A DNA stretch of 36,561 nucleotides from Candidatus Omnitrophica bacterium CG11_big_fil_rev_8_21_14_0_20_63_9. Lineage in GTDB: Bacteria; Omnitrophota; Gorgyraeia; Aquiviventales; Aquiviventaceae. Where the stretch lies: contig PCVX01000006.1 in assembly GCA_002796105.1 (NCBI GenBank), positions 4,456-41,016 on the forward strand, in the 5' to 3' direction. Below are positions 1-8,915 of this stretch, piece after piece (the first letter of the stretch is position 1; the number at the start of each line of letters is the position of its first letter). Below the pieces are notes generated by a model. It was not told the origin of the DNA. It was given only the letters and a program-made list of their open reading frames with translations, and did not search any database. The position numbers were made by a program, and so were the translations under genes.

Positions 1-2
1 GC

Positions 3-149
3 CCGCCGGTAGTTGGCACCGTGTTTGGATTGCTCAGCGGGGCGGTCAACACCGTGGGGTATCTTGCAAACGGCACGCTGGAGCTGGCCGGCTCAGCGAT
101 CCCGTTAGCCAAGACCATCGGGCCGATGCTGCTGCCGTTTCTTTTTTAG
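3..149 (+). CDS. 3' end of a hypothetical, probably membrane-associated protein (truncated by window start)
   Basis: Frame open from nt 3 to TAG at 147-149: PPVVGTVFGLLSGAVNTVGYLANGTLELAGSAIPLAKTIGPMLLPFLF*. GC3-rich codons; not in the ORF track because no start is in the window. Confidence 0.55.
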   Translation, partial: PPVVGTVFGLLSGAVNTVGYLANGTLELAGSAIPLAKTIGPMLLPFLF

Positions 150-308
150 GACTCAGGGTCCTGCGAACCGCCGGGCTGTCCGGAGGGGTGGTCGGATGCC
201 GGCTCGGTGTCCTGCGAGGCCAGCGGCGTGTGGTGCGGGGAAGGGTGCGCCACCGTCGGTTCCTGCAGTCGTATCTGTACACGGTAATCACGTATCGCTT
301 CTAAGCTT

Positions 309-465
309 GCCGCGGGTCCTGTCGCGGCACCACCCTATCCGTCCTCGCCCCGGCGGACTATCGCCGCCGCTGGCTGCGACCGAGCCGCTGGCGGCAAGGA
401 AGTGTCGGAGCGCGGCGGCGATCCGACCGGGTGGATGGGGGCCCTGGCGCCGCGCCACCCGCGGC
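309..465. repeat. Long imperfect palindrome (rod-like hairpin) upstream of mqnP
   Basis: Nested inverted repeats: GCCGCGGGT 309-317 / ACCCGCGGC 457-465; CGCGGCACCA / TGGCGCCGCG; CCCTATCC / GGATGGGG; CCCGG / CCGGG; ATCGCCGCCGC 360-370 / GCGGCGGCGAT 412-422. Confidence 0.7.
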
Positions 466-475
466 TGATGCTTCC

Positions 476-1330
476 ATGATGATCGCTCTGGCACCAAGTC
501 GGTTTAAGACGTACGCCAGCTTCGTGAAGCTGGAGCACACGGTGTTTTCGCTGCCGCTGATCTTTGCCGGCGCGCTGCTTCAATCGCACCGGTGGCCGTC
601 CGCAGGGCTACTGGGGTTGATCCTGCTCGCGGCGATCGCCGGCCGGGTGGTGGCGATGGGGTTGAACCGGGTGATCGATGCGCGCATCGATGCGCGCAAT
701 CCGCGCACGCAGCGCCGGGAGCTGCCGCGCGGCGCGATGCAGCGCGCAGAAGCGTGGATGGTCACCGCGGCCGCCGGGCTGGTCTACATCGCCAGCGCCG
801 GCGCGATCGCGCCGATCTGCCTGTGGCTGTCCCCGATCCCTGTGGCGCTGTTCGTGATTTACCCCTACCTTAAGCGCTTCACGGCGCTCGCTCATCTGGG
901 GTTGGGGCTGGCATGGTCGATGGGGCCGGTGGGCGGATGGCTTGCGGTATCGCAGTCGCTGGCACCCTTCAGCCGGGTCGCGTGGTTGTGGCTCTTTTCG
1001 GTGCTGTGGGTGACCGGGTTCGACATCATCTACGCCACGATGGATGAGGCGTTCGACCGGCAGGAAGGGTTGCGCTCGCTGCCGGCGCGCTTGGGCAAGC
1101 GGCCGGCGCTCATCATCGCAGCACTCCTGCACGCCGCCGCGGTCGTCTCGCTAGCACTGCTATGGTTCACGCAGCTGCACGGCGACGCCGCGCTGTGGTG
1201 GCTGGCCGCCATCGCGGCGCTGTTTGTGTGGCAACATGCCGTGGCCGGCCGTAACCCGGAGTTCGCGTTCTTCAAATTGAACGGCATCCTGGGATTTGTG
1301 GTGCTGGGTTTCGTACTCGCAGGACTCTAA
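476..1330 (+). CDS. mqnP: UbiA-family prenyltransferase of the futalosine menaquinone pathway (MqnP-like)
   Basis: VKLEHTVFSLP, Asp-rich NRVIDARIDARNPRT and FDIIYATMDEAFD motifs, multiple TM segments, mqn context. Start is ATG 476 or 479. Confidence 0.9.
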   Translation: MMIALAPSRFKTYASFVKLEHTVFSLPLIFAGALLQSHRWPSAGLLGLILLAAIAGRVVAMGLNRVIDARIDARNPRTQRRELPRGAMQRAEAWMVTAAAGLVYIASAGAIAPICLWLSPIPVALFVIYPYLKRFTALAHLGLGLAWSMGPVGGWLAVSQSLAPFSRVAWLWLFSVLWVTGFDIIYATMDEAFDRQEGLRSLPARLGKRPALIIAALLHAAAVVSLALLWFTQLHGDAALWWLAAIAALFVWQHAVAGRNPEFAFFKLNGILGFVVLGFVLAGL

Positions 1331-1340
1331 GGAGCAGCGG

Positions 1341-1892
1341 ATGAGAGTCGTCATTGGCATGACCGGGGCGTCAGGCTTCGTGTTCGGCGTCGATCTGCTG
1401 CGGCGGCTGCAGGCGGAGAAGTACCTCATCTTGTCGAAGTGGGGCCGCTACACGCTCAAGGAAGAGACCGGGCTCACCGAGCATCACCTCGCAGAACACG
1501 TGAAGCGCACGTTCTCAGAAGAGGATTTGGCCGCGCCGTTTTCATCCGGCTCGACCTCTTTTGACGCGTACGTGATCCTGCCATGCTCCTCTTCGACGAT
1601 GTGCAAGATCGCCGCCGGCATCGGCGATACGCTGACGACCCGCGTGGCCCAGGTGGCGCTGAAAGAGCGGCGCAAGTTGATCATCGGGCTGCGGGAAACG
1701 CCGCTGTCCACGATCCATCTGGAGCAGGCGCACAAGCTCTCGCAGGCCGGCGCGATCATCATGCCGCTGGCACCACCCTTCTATCACCGGCCACAGACGA
1801 TCGAACAGATGGTGGAGCAGTTCACCGGCAAGGTGCTCAGCCTCCTTGGGTTTGAGGCCGCCGCTGCCTGGAAGCCTGAGGCACTTGAATGA
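1341..1892 (+). CDS. ubiX: Flavin prenyltransferase UbiX
   Basis: GMTGASG, APFSSGS, PCS, LKERR, RETP and PPFY motifs; AAGGAG SD before ATG 1341. Confidence 0.93.
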   Translation: MRVVIGMTGASGFVFGVDLLRRLQAEKYLILSKWGRYTLKEETGLTEHHLAEHVKRTFSEEDLAAPFSSGSTSFDAYVILPCSSSTMCKIAAGIGDTLTTRVAQVALKERRKLIIGLRETPLSTIHLEQAHKLSQAGAIIMPLAPPFYHRPQTIEQMVEQFTGKVLSLLGFEAAAAWKPEALE

Positions 1893-1895
1893 TGA

Positions 1896-2207
1896 GAGAC
1901 CGGTGTCTTCGGCACTCCGGCTCGCCCCCTTCGTGGGGCCCGGCCTCCTGCTCGCTCAGACGCGGGCTCCGGGCGCTCGCCTTGCAGCGAAGCGGCCACC
2001 AACTCCGCGCCCGGCTGGGGCGCGATCGGACAGGTGGCCGCGGCTTAAGGGCTCTTCGCTGCCGGCTCGCTGAGCCCGCGGATTCGCTCGCAGTTCGGCC
2101 CGGGCCCCTCGGCGAGCCTCGCCGGGCTGAAGCCGCACACTTCGCTCGCCTGGGGGTGCCTCTAACATCGGCCCGCAGTTGGGGGTTGCCGCCGAGACCG
2201 GCCTGTC
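1896..2207. repeat. Intergenic structured palindromic element between ubiX and ubiD (probable MITE/REP-like insertion)
   Basis: Nested inverted repeats span 1911-2160, e.g. GGGGCCCGG 1935-1943 / 2100-2108, CGCGGGCTC 1961-1969 / 2072-2080, GCAGCGAAG 1984-1992 / 2054-2062, GCGGCCACC 1992-2000 / 2033-2041. Flanked by direct repeat GAGACCGG at 1896-1903 and 2194-2201. Confidence 0.75.
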
Positions 2208-3962
2208 ATGCCTGACCTCCAGTCGTTCCTCTCCGTGCTTGAGCGCGAGCACCAGCTGGCCACGGTGCGCGTCGAGGTGGACCCTGAGCTTGAGATCACC
2301 GAGATCGCGACGCGGGTGGTCAAAGAGCGCGGGCCAGCACTCCTCTTTGAGCGCGTGAAAGGCTCCGGCGTTCCGCTGGCGATCAACCTGCTTGGCAGCG
2401 AGCGGCGCATCGAGCTCGCCCTAGGCCGCCACCCGCAGCAAGTCGGCGCAGAGCTCAAACGCCTCATGGAAGCCGCGATGCCGCCTCGCCCCAAGAAGCT
2501 CCTTGATGAGTGGCGCACGGTCGGCCGGGTCCTCGCCATGTCTCCTCGCCGGGTCAAATATGCCGCCTGCCAGGCGGTCGAGGAGGTCCCAGACCTGGCC
2601 CGGCTGCCCGTCTTGAAGTGCTGGCCGAAAGACGCCGGACGGTTTGTCACGTGCGGCATGGTCCTTACGCACGATCCGGACACCGATGCGCGCAATTTGG
2701 GCATCTACCGCATGCAAGTCATCGGGCCGGACCAGGTGCTGATGCACTGGCAGATCCAAAAAGGCGGAGGCTTTCACTATTGGAAGGCGGAGCAGCAAGG
2801 GAAAGCGCTCGCGGTGGCGGTGGTCATCGGCGGCGACCCGATCTACTATTTGGCGGCGGTAGCACCCCTGCCGGAAGGGATCGATGAGCTGGCTTTCGCG
2901 GGATTTCTGCGCGGCAAGCCGGTGCCGCTGGTGTACGGCAAGACCAAGGTGACCGCGGTGCCGGCCGATGCCGAGATTATCCTGGAAGGCGTGGTCCCGC
3001 CGGATGAGCGGATGCCTGAGGGGCCCTTCGGCGACCACTTCGGCCACTACTCGCACCCGGCGCCCTTTCCGGTCATGTGGATCCAGACCGTGACCCGCCG
3101 GCAGTCTCCGGTGTATCAAGCCGCCGTCGTGGGCAAGCCGCCGCAAGAAGACCGCTACATCGGCGATGCGGTGCAGGAGATGATGCTGCCGATGATCCGG
3201 CTGATCCACCCGGAGCTGCGGGACATCTGGGCCTACTACGAGGCTGGGTTCCACAGCCTGGCGGTGGCCTCGGTCCACAACCGGTTCGGCAAGGAGGGCA
3301 TGAAGACCGCGCTCGGCCTGCTGGGCACCGGCCAGATGGCACTCACCAAGTGCGTCGTGCTGGTAGACGCGGACGTGGACGCCCGGGATTTTTCCGCGGT
3401 GCTGCGCGCGATCCGGGAGCACTTCGACCCGTCGAAGGACTTCCTCTTGCTTCCCGGGGTGCCTTTTGATACCCTTGATTTCACGAGTTTGACCCTGAAC
3501 CTGGGCAGCAAAATGGTGCTGGACGCAACACGCAACGGCGCGCCCAGTCAGCCCGCAGGGACGATTTCCGAAGCCCAGGTAACCTCGCTCCATCCCCGCA
3601 TCAAACGCGCCAAACTGCTTGAGCGGTCGCTGCTCGCGGTCCAGGTTGCTGGGGAAGGGCGCGAGGTGGTGAAGGCGCTGGTAGCGGCCCAACCGCTGGC
3701 TGGCGTGCCGCTCATCGCGGTGGTCAGCGAGGATGTGAATCTGGAAGACCGCGAAAGCCTCTTATGGGGCATCTTCACGCGGTTCGATCCGGCGCGCGAC
3801 CTGATCTTTACCTCGGCGGAGCTCAACGGGGCCTGGCCGGTGTACCGCGGCCGGATGGGCATCGACGCGACCTTCAAGACCGGCTACCCGGATCCTGTCG
3901 TAATGGATCCTGCGATCATCGCGCGTGTCGACCAACGATGGCATCAATACTGGAACGCGTAA
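2208..3962 (+). CDS. ubiD: UbiD-family prFMN decarboxylase of menaquinone biosynthesis (MqnL-like), long form with duplicated C-terminal domain
   Basis: RNLGIYRMQ, EGPFGDHFGHYS and GKPPQED motifs; two C-terminal ...DAT units (GSKMVLDAT, GRMGIDAT). Confidence 0.92.
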   Translation: MPDLQSFLSVLEREHQLATVRVEVDPELEITEIATRVVKERGPALLFERVKGSGVPLAINLLGSERRIELALGRHPQQVGAELKRLMEAAMPPRPKKLLDEWRTVGRVLAMSPRRVKYAACQAVEEVPDLARLPVLKCWPKDAGRFVTCGMVLTHDPDTDARNLGIYRMQVIGPDQVLMHWQIQKGGGFHYWKAEQQGKALAVAVVIGGDPIYYLAAVAPLPEGIDELAFAGFLRGKPVPLVYGKTKVTAVPADAEIILEGVVPPDERMPEGPFGDHFGHYSHPAPFPVMWIQTVTRRQSPVYQAAVVGKPPQEDRYIGDAVQEMMLPMIRLIHPELRDIWAYYEAGFHSLAVASVHNRFGKEGMKTALGLLGTGQMALTKCVVLVDADVDARDFSAVLRAIREHFDPSKDFLLLPGVPFDTLDFTSLTLNLGSKMVLDATRNGAPSQPAGTISEAQVTSLHPRIKRAKLLERSLLAVQVAGEGREVVKALVAAQPLAGVPLIAVVSEDVNLEDRESLLWGIFTRFDPARDLIFTSAELNGAWPVYRGRMGIDATFKTGYPDPVVMDPAIIARVDQRWHQYWNA

Positions 3963-5032
3963 CGCACAAGATTGAAAATCACGAGCGATTGACGCGCGAG
4001 GACGCGCTCGCCTTGTTCCAAGCGCGCGACGTCATCGGCTTGGGACGGCTCGCCGATCAGGTGAAGCGTGCCCGGTGGGCCGACCGCGCGCATTTCGTCA
4101 TCAACCGGCAGATCAACCCCTCCAACGTCTGCGTGCTCTCCTGCCGCTTCTGCGATTTCGCCACCAAGCGCGGACGGCCCAACGCGTACGAGATGACGAT
4201 CCATGAGATCGTCGAGCGGCTGCACCCGGATTTGCGGGAGGTGCACATCGTCGCCGGGCTGCACCCGGACTGGAAGTGGGAGTTTTATCTGGACATGTTC
4301 CGGGCGATCAAGCAGCGGGTCCCGCAAATCCAAATCAAGGCGTGGACGGCGGTCGAGATCGATTACTTCTCCAAGAAGTTCCGCCTCAGCGTCGAAGACG
4401 TCCTTGAGCAGTTGCGCGCGGTCGGGCTCTCGGCGCTGCCAGGCGGGGGCGCGGAGGTGTTCTCCGAGCGCGTGCGCAAAGCGCTCTTTCCGTTTAAGAT
4501 CGGCGCGCCGCGATGGCTGGAGATCCACCGCATCGCCCACCGGCTGGGCATCCCCACCAACTCGACGCTGCTCTACGGCCACATGGAGACCTACGAGGAG
4601 CGGGTCGATCACATCCTCAGGCTCCGCGAGCTGCAGGATGAGACCGGCGGGTTCATGAGCTTCATCCCGCTGGCGTACCAGCCCGGGAAGACCCAGGTCG
4701 TCGCGCGCCAGACCCCGGCGACTGAAGACCTCAAGACCGTGGCGATTGCCCGGCTGCTGCTGGATAACTTTCCGCACATCAAGGCGTATTGGGTCACGAT
4801 GGGCGAGGAAAGTGCGTCGGTGGCGCTGCACTTCGGCGCCGACGACATCGACGGCACCATCGGCGAGGAGCGCATCATGCACGCCGCAGATGCCGCCTCA
4901 CCCGTCAGCCTCACCCGCGGACGGCTTGTTGAACTGATCCGAGAAACCGGCTGCGTGCCGGTGGAGCGAGATGCCCTCTATCATACCCTCCGCGTCTACG
5001 ACGACGCTGCTTGCGAAAGTCCCGTATCTTAA
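3938..5032 (+). CDS. mqnE: Aminofutalosine synthase MqnE (radical SAM)
   Basis: CxxxCxxC (CVLSCRFC), EVHIVAGLHP, PGGGAEVF, HIKAYW, GADDIDGT. ATG 3938 overlaps the end of ubiD. Confidence 0.9.
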   Translation: MASILERVTHKIENHERLTREDALALFQARDVIGLGRLADQVKRARWADRAHFVINRQINPSNVCVLSCRFCDFATKRGRPNAYEMTIHEIVERLHPDLREVHIVAGLHPDWKWEFYLDMFRAIKQRVPQIQIKAWTAVEIDYFSKKFRLSVEDVLEQLRAVGLSALPGGGAEVFSERVRKALFPFKIGAPRWLEIHRIAHRLGIPTNSTLLYGHMETYEERVDHILRLRELQDETGGFMSFIPLAYQPGKTQVVARQTPATEDLKTVAIARLLLDNFPHIKAYWVTMGEESASVALHFGADDIDGTIGEERIMHAADAASPVSLTRGRLVELIRETGCVPVERDALYHTLRVYDDAACESPVS

Positions 5033-5810
5033 CAGCACGCCGTTTTTCCGCGGGCTGTCACTGAGCCCGCACATGGCGGTGACCGAGGCTGCCCCGCGCG
5101 AGGTGGGCGAACGCGCCGCCGCCGGTGAAGTGGCCGCCGGCTTGCTGCCGCTGGCCGATTTCCTCCGGCTGGAAGCCCAATTCGAGCGCGTGGGCCCCTT
5201 CGGCATTGCGGTGCGGGGCAGGGCGCGCAGCGTGCTGCTCTTTTCGCGCAAGCCCATCCGGCAGCTTGAGGGCGCGACGATCGCGGTGACGGACGATACG
5301 TCCACGAGCGCGGTGCTGCTGCGGCTCATTCTTGAGCGGCGCTACCAGATCGTGCCAGCCTCGTACGAGCGGCGGCTCCATTCTGAGCGGCGCCGGCAGC
5401 AAGCAAGCGCTTCCAAAGAGCGCCGCCAGGACACCGAAGCCGACGCGCTGCTGCTCATCGGCGATGAGGCGCTGCGCTATAAGCGCAGCAACGTGCACTA
5501 CCCCTTCGAGACCGACGTGGCGTTTGAATGGTGGTTGTGGCAGCACGTGCCGTGCGTCTTCGCGGTGTGGGCCATCCGCAAGGACGTCGCCGTAGGCGAG
5601 AAAAAACTGCTTGAGACGTCGCTGAGCCGTGCGCTCGGCGTCAACCAGCGCCAGCTCGACGTGATCGCCCATGAAGCCTCGGCAACGTTCGAGCTGCCGG
5701 CGCAAGAGCTGCAGGACTACCTCGGCAAGTTCATCTACCGGCTCAGCCGCGACGAAGAAGAAGGCATCTCCCGGTTCCGGGAGCTCATGCATGCACACCA
5801 CCTGCTCTGA
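4971..5810 (+). CDS. mqnA: Chorismate dehydratase MqnA
   Basis: VPYLNSTP, SVLLFS, STSAVLL, LLIGDEAL and PCVFAVW motifs of the MqnA/DUF178 family. Confidence 0.9.
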   Translation: MPSIIPSASTTTLLAKVPYLNSTPFFRGLSLSPHMAVTEAAPREVGERAAAGEVAAGLLPLADFLRLEAQFERVGPFGIAVRGRARSVLLFSRKPIRQLEGATIAVTDDTSTSAVLLRLILERRYQIVPASYERRLHSERRRQQASASKERRQDTEADALLLIGDEALRYKRSNVHYPFETDVAFEWWLWQHVPCVFAVWAIRKDVAVGEKKLLETSLSRALGVNQRQLDVIAHEASATFELPAQELQDYLGKFIYRLSRDEEEGISRFRELMHAHHLL

Positions 5811-6894
5811 AGCGATCGAAGAAAAAGTCCTCTCGGGCAAGCGGCTCAGCCGCAACGAGGGCCTGCAGCTGTGGCAGCGCGCCGATTTGCTCGAGCTGGC
5901 CCACCTGGCGAACCTCGTGCGTTTCCGCTTGCATCCTGACCCGGTCGTGACGTTCGTCATCGATACGAACCCCAACTACACGAACGTGTGCATCACCGAC
6001 TGCGTGTTTTGCGCGTTCTACCGCAAGCCGGGCCAAAAGGACGCCTACACGCTGACGGTCGAGCAGGTGATGGAAATCATCCAGCGCTCCGTGAACCTTG
6101 GGGCGACGACCATCCTCCTGCAGGGCGGGCATAACCCGAGCATCCCGTTGGACTATTACCTCTCGCTCATCCGCGAAACCCGGCGCCGGTTCCCGAACGT
6201 CACCCCGCATTTCTTCACCGCCTCGGAGGTCACGCAGATGGCCAGCGTGTCCGGCCTGGCCATCCGCGACGTTCTCCAACAGCTCAAGGACGCCGGCCAG
6301 CGCACCTTGCCCGGGGGCGGGGCGGAGATTCTTTCGGACCGCATCCGCCGCCGCTTGGCGACGAAGAAGGGCCCGGCTGAAGCGTGGCTTGCAGTGCACC
6401 GCGAGGCGCATGAACTGGGCTTCAAATCGACGGCGACGATGATGTTCGGACACATCGAGGAAGACGAAGACGTTATGGAGCATCTCGACCATGTCCGCAA
6501 CCTCCAGGATGAAACCGGCGGCTTCACCGCATTCATCCCCTGGACCTTCAAGCCGGGCAACACCCCGCTGCACAAACATATCCGCCAGCACGCCGGCCCG
6601 ACCCGCTACTTGCGCATGATCGCCTTCTCGCGGCTGTACCTCGATAACGTGCCCCACATCCAGGCTTCCTGGTTCTCCGAAGGGAAGAAAACCGGGCAAA
6701 TCGCGCTGCACTTCGGCGCCGATGACTTCGGCGGCACGCTCTTCGATGAGAACGTCCACGCGGCGACCGGCTTCATCAACAAGACCGCGGTGGATGAAAT
6801 CATCGCGCTCATCCAGGAATCCGGGTTTGACGCCGCGCAGCGCACAACGCTGTACGAGATCCTCCGACGGTGTGAGCCTGCCCTTGCGACATGA
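5791..6894 (+). CDS. mqnC: Dehypoxanthine futalosine cyclase MqnC (radical SAM)
   Basis: NYTNVCITDCVFCAFYR, ILLQGGHNP, PGGGAEIL, FTAFIPWTF, IQASW and GADDFGGT motifs. Confidence 0.92.
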   Translation: MHTTCSEAIEEKVLSGKRLSRNEGLQLWQRADLLELAHLANLVRFRLHPDPVVTFVIDTNPNYTNVCITDCVFCAFYRKPGQKDAYTLTVEQVMEIIQRSVNLGATTILLQGGHNPSIPLDYYLSLIRETRRRFPNVTPHFFTASEVTQMASVSGLAIRDVLQQLKDAGQRTLPGGGAEILSDRIRRRLATKKGPAEAWLAVHREAHELGFKSTATMMFGHIEEDEDVMEHLDHVRNLQDETGGFTAFIPWTFKPGNTPLHKHIRQHAGPTRYLRMIAFSRLYLDNVPHIQASWFSEGKKTGQIALHFGADDFGGTLFDENVHAATGFINKTAVDEIIALIQESGFDAAQRTTLYEILRRCEPALAT

Positions 6895-7352
6895 CGGAGA
6901 TCTCTCTGTCCTCCGGCCTGGGGGAGGAAATGTCCCCCGGCATTCTGGTCACCTGCCTCATCCTCTCGCCTGATGGCCGCATCACGCTCGACCCTGGCGC
7001 GCTGCATGGCCGCAGCCGGCTTGAGCAGCCGGTCCAGTGGGCGGCGCGCCGCGAAGAGCTTGCCGACCCGCAGTGCTACCGGTTCATCTGGGTCGCGATG
7101 GAGTTGGACCATGCCCAGCAGCCGTTTCGCTACAAAGGTCTGGCGGTCTCCGACGTGTGGCTCGATGCTCAGGGGCGGGGCTTTAAAGCGATGGCGGATT
7201 CGGTCAACCGGATCAGCGACGCGCTGATGGGGCGCGCCGATGCAAAAACGCTCAGCGGCAAAGAGCGCAGGGCGCTGGAGCAGCACCTGAAAACGATTTC
7301 GGAAAACTTGTGGGACCGGGCGGCTGAGCCGGTGAAGAGGGCGCTCTTATGA
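6891..7352 (+). CDS. YwhD-family protein (function unknown)
   Basis: DPGALHGRSRLE, YRFIWV, RGFK...VNRI and LWDR match the recalled YwhD pattern (DxGAMHARS..E, YWxVWV, RGYK..HVN, MWER). ATGA overlaps with both mqnC and bioB. Confidence 0.75.
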   Translation: MTEISLSSGLGEEMSPGILVTCLILSPDGRITLDPGALHGRSRLEQPVQWAARREELADPQCYRFIWVAMELDHAQQPFRYKGLAVSDVWLDAQGRGFKAMADSVNRISDALMGRADAKTLSGKERRALEQHLKTISENLWDRAAEPVKRALL

Positions 7353-8356
7353 ACTGGGCGGACCTGATCCAGCGGTCGCTGGCGGGACAAGGGATCACCC
7401 GCGAAGAAGCCAAGGCAATCCTCGCGCTGCCCGATGAGCAGGTGCCGGCAGCACTCCAGGCGGCGTTTGAGGTGCGCAAAGTCCATTTCGGCAAGCGGGT
7501 CAAAATCTGCGTGCTGCAAAACGCGCGCAGCGGGCTGTGCCCGGAAGACTGCCACTACTGTTCTCAATCGTCCATCTCCAGCGCCAAGATCGACAAGTAC
7601 CCGCTCATGACCAAAGAGCAGCTCGTGGAGGGGGCGCGGCGCGCGGCCGACGCCGGAGCCAAACGGTACTGCATGGTCACCAGCGGGCGCGGGCCGGTGG
7701 ACGACGAGATCGAGTACTTCTGCGACGTCACTCGGGAAATCCGACGGCACCACTCGCTGGAAATCTGCGTGTGCCTAGGGCTGCTCTCCGAGGCTCAGGC
7801 CAGGAAGCTGAAAGATGCCGGAGTCGGCTGGGTCAATCACAACCTCAACACGAGCGAGCGCTTTTATCCCGAGATTTGCTCGACGCACACGTACCAGGAC
7901 CGGGTCGACACGGTGAAGAACGTGCGCAAGGCCGGGATGATGACGTGCAGCGGCGGGATCATCGGCATGGGCGAAACCGATGACGACATCCTCGACATGG
8001 CCTTCGCCTGCCGCGAGCTGCGGATGGACTCGATCCCGATCAACTTCCTGCACCCGATTAAGGGCACCCCGATGGAAGGCTTCCAGCTGCTCACGCCCAT
8101 GAAGTGCCTGAAGGTGCTGTGCGTGTTCCGCTTTCTGAACCCGGCCAGCGAGATCCGCGCGGCGGGCGGCCGGGAAGTGAACCTGCGTTCGGTGCAGGCG
8201 ATGGTGCTCTATGCGGCCAATTCGATCTTCGTGGAAGGATACCTAACGACTTCGGGCCAGAAAGCGGAAGAGGCCCGCCGGATGATCGAGGACTTGGGCT
8301 TCGAAGTCGAAGCCGAGCCATGCGAGGCATCCGCAAGCGTCAAGGAGGGGCAATGA
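7349..8356 (+). CDS. bioB: Biotin synthase
   Basis: SGLCPEDCHYCSQS, NHNLNTS, CSGGIIGMGE, SIPINFL, IRAAGGRE and ANSIFVEGYLTT motifs. Confidence 0.96.
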   Translation: MNWADLIQRSLAGQGITREEAKAILALPDEQVPAALQAAFEVRKVHFGKRVKICVLQNARSGLCPEDCHYCSQSSISSAKIDKYPLMTKEQLVEGARRAADAGAKRYCMVTSGRGPVDDEIEYFCDVTREIRRHHSLEICVCLGLLSEAQARKLKDAGVGWVNHNLNTSERFYPEICSTHTYQDRVDTVKNVRKAGMMTCSGGIIGMGETDDDILDMAFACRELRMDSIPINFLHPIKGTPMEGFQLLTPMKCLKVLCVFRFLNPASEIRAAGGREVNLRSVQAMVLYAANSIFVEGYLTTSGQKAEEARRMIEDLGFEVEAEPCEASASVKEGQ

Positions 8357-8898
8357 CGCGACGGTGGATCGTGACCGCGCTGGGCCAGGACCGGCCTGGG
8401 ATCGTCGCCGGGGTGACGAAAGTGTTGTACTGGCTGGGGTGCAATTTGGAAGACTCCGCCATGACGCGCCTGGAAGGCGAGTTCGCCATCATGCTGATCT
8501 TTTCCACGCCGTCCAAGCTCACGCCGGAGGCATTGCGCAAGGCGTTCGTTCCTCTTGAGCGTACGCTCCACCTCGCGATCCATTTGAAGGCGCTGAGCAA
8601 GAAAGAAAGTCACGCTCCGCGAAAGGCGGGCAAGAGCCACTTGATTTCCGTGTACGGCGCGGATCGGCCCGGCATCGTCTTCAAGGTGTCCGAGGCGCTG
8701 GCTAAGGCCGGCCTCAACATTACCGACGTGCACACGCATCGCAGCGCCGGGGGCGGGCCGTCGCTGTACATGATGCTACTTGAAGTTGAGGTGCCCGCCA
8801 CCCGCACGCCCGCCTCACTGGAGACCCACCTCAAGCAGCTGGCCAAGCGCCTCAAGGTGCAAGTCAGCCTCCGGCAAAGCGACACCGATATTCTCTAG
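8353..8898 (+). CDS. Tandem ACT-domain protein (GcvR-like)
   Basis: Two ACT units, each with DRPGIV; AAGGAGG SD; ATGA overlap with the bioB stop. Confidence 0.88.
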   Translation: MTRRWIVTALGQDRPGIVAGVTKVLYWLGCNLEDSAMTRLEGEFAIMLIFSTPSKLTPEALRKAFVPLERTLHLAIHLKALSKKESHAPRKAGKSHLISVYGADRPGIVFKVSEALAKAGLNITDVHTHRSAGGGPSLYMMLLEVEVPATRTPASLETHLKQLAKRLKVQVSLRQSDTDIL

Positions 8899-8915
8899 CC
8901 CCGGCGCAGTTGCCG

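Noticed and set aside
146-334. TCCTGC motif at 51-nt spacing (near 158, 209 and 260) and a minus-strand open frame ending ...SQDPES*
   Set aside because: Only three short matches, and the frame has no credible start or SD; cannot be distinguished from chance.
1889-2215. 108-aa ORF between ubiX and ubiD
   Set aside because: Arg/Gly/Ala-rich translation of a palindromic element, with no protein-like pattern.
2421-3692. Long antisense ORFs (also 3944-4882, 5785-6759, 12157-13689, 15074-16606, 22519-23715)
   Set aside because: Shadow ORFs expected opposite GC3-rich genes; no recognisable motifs.
6891-8356. Selenocysteine readthrough at TGA stops in the mqnC/YwhD/bioB run
   Set aside because: These are ordinary ATGA start-stop overlaps, and each protein is full length at its stop.
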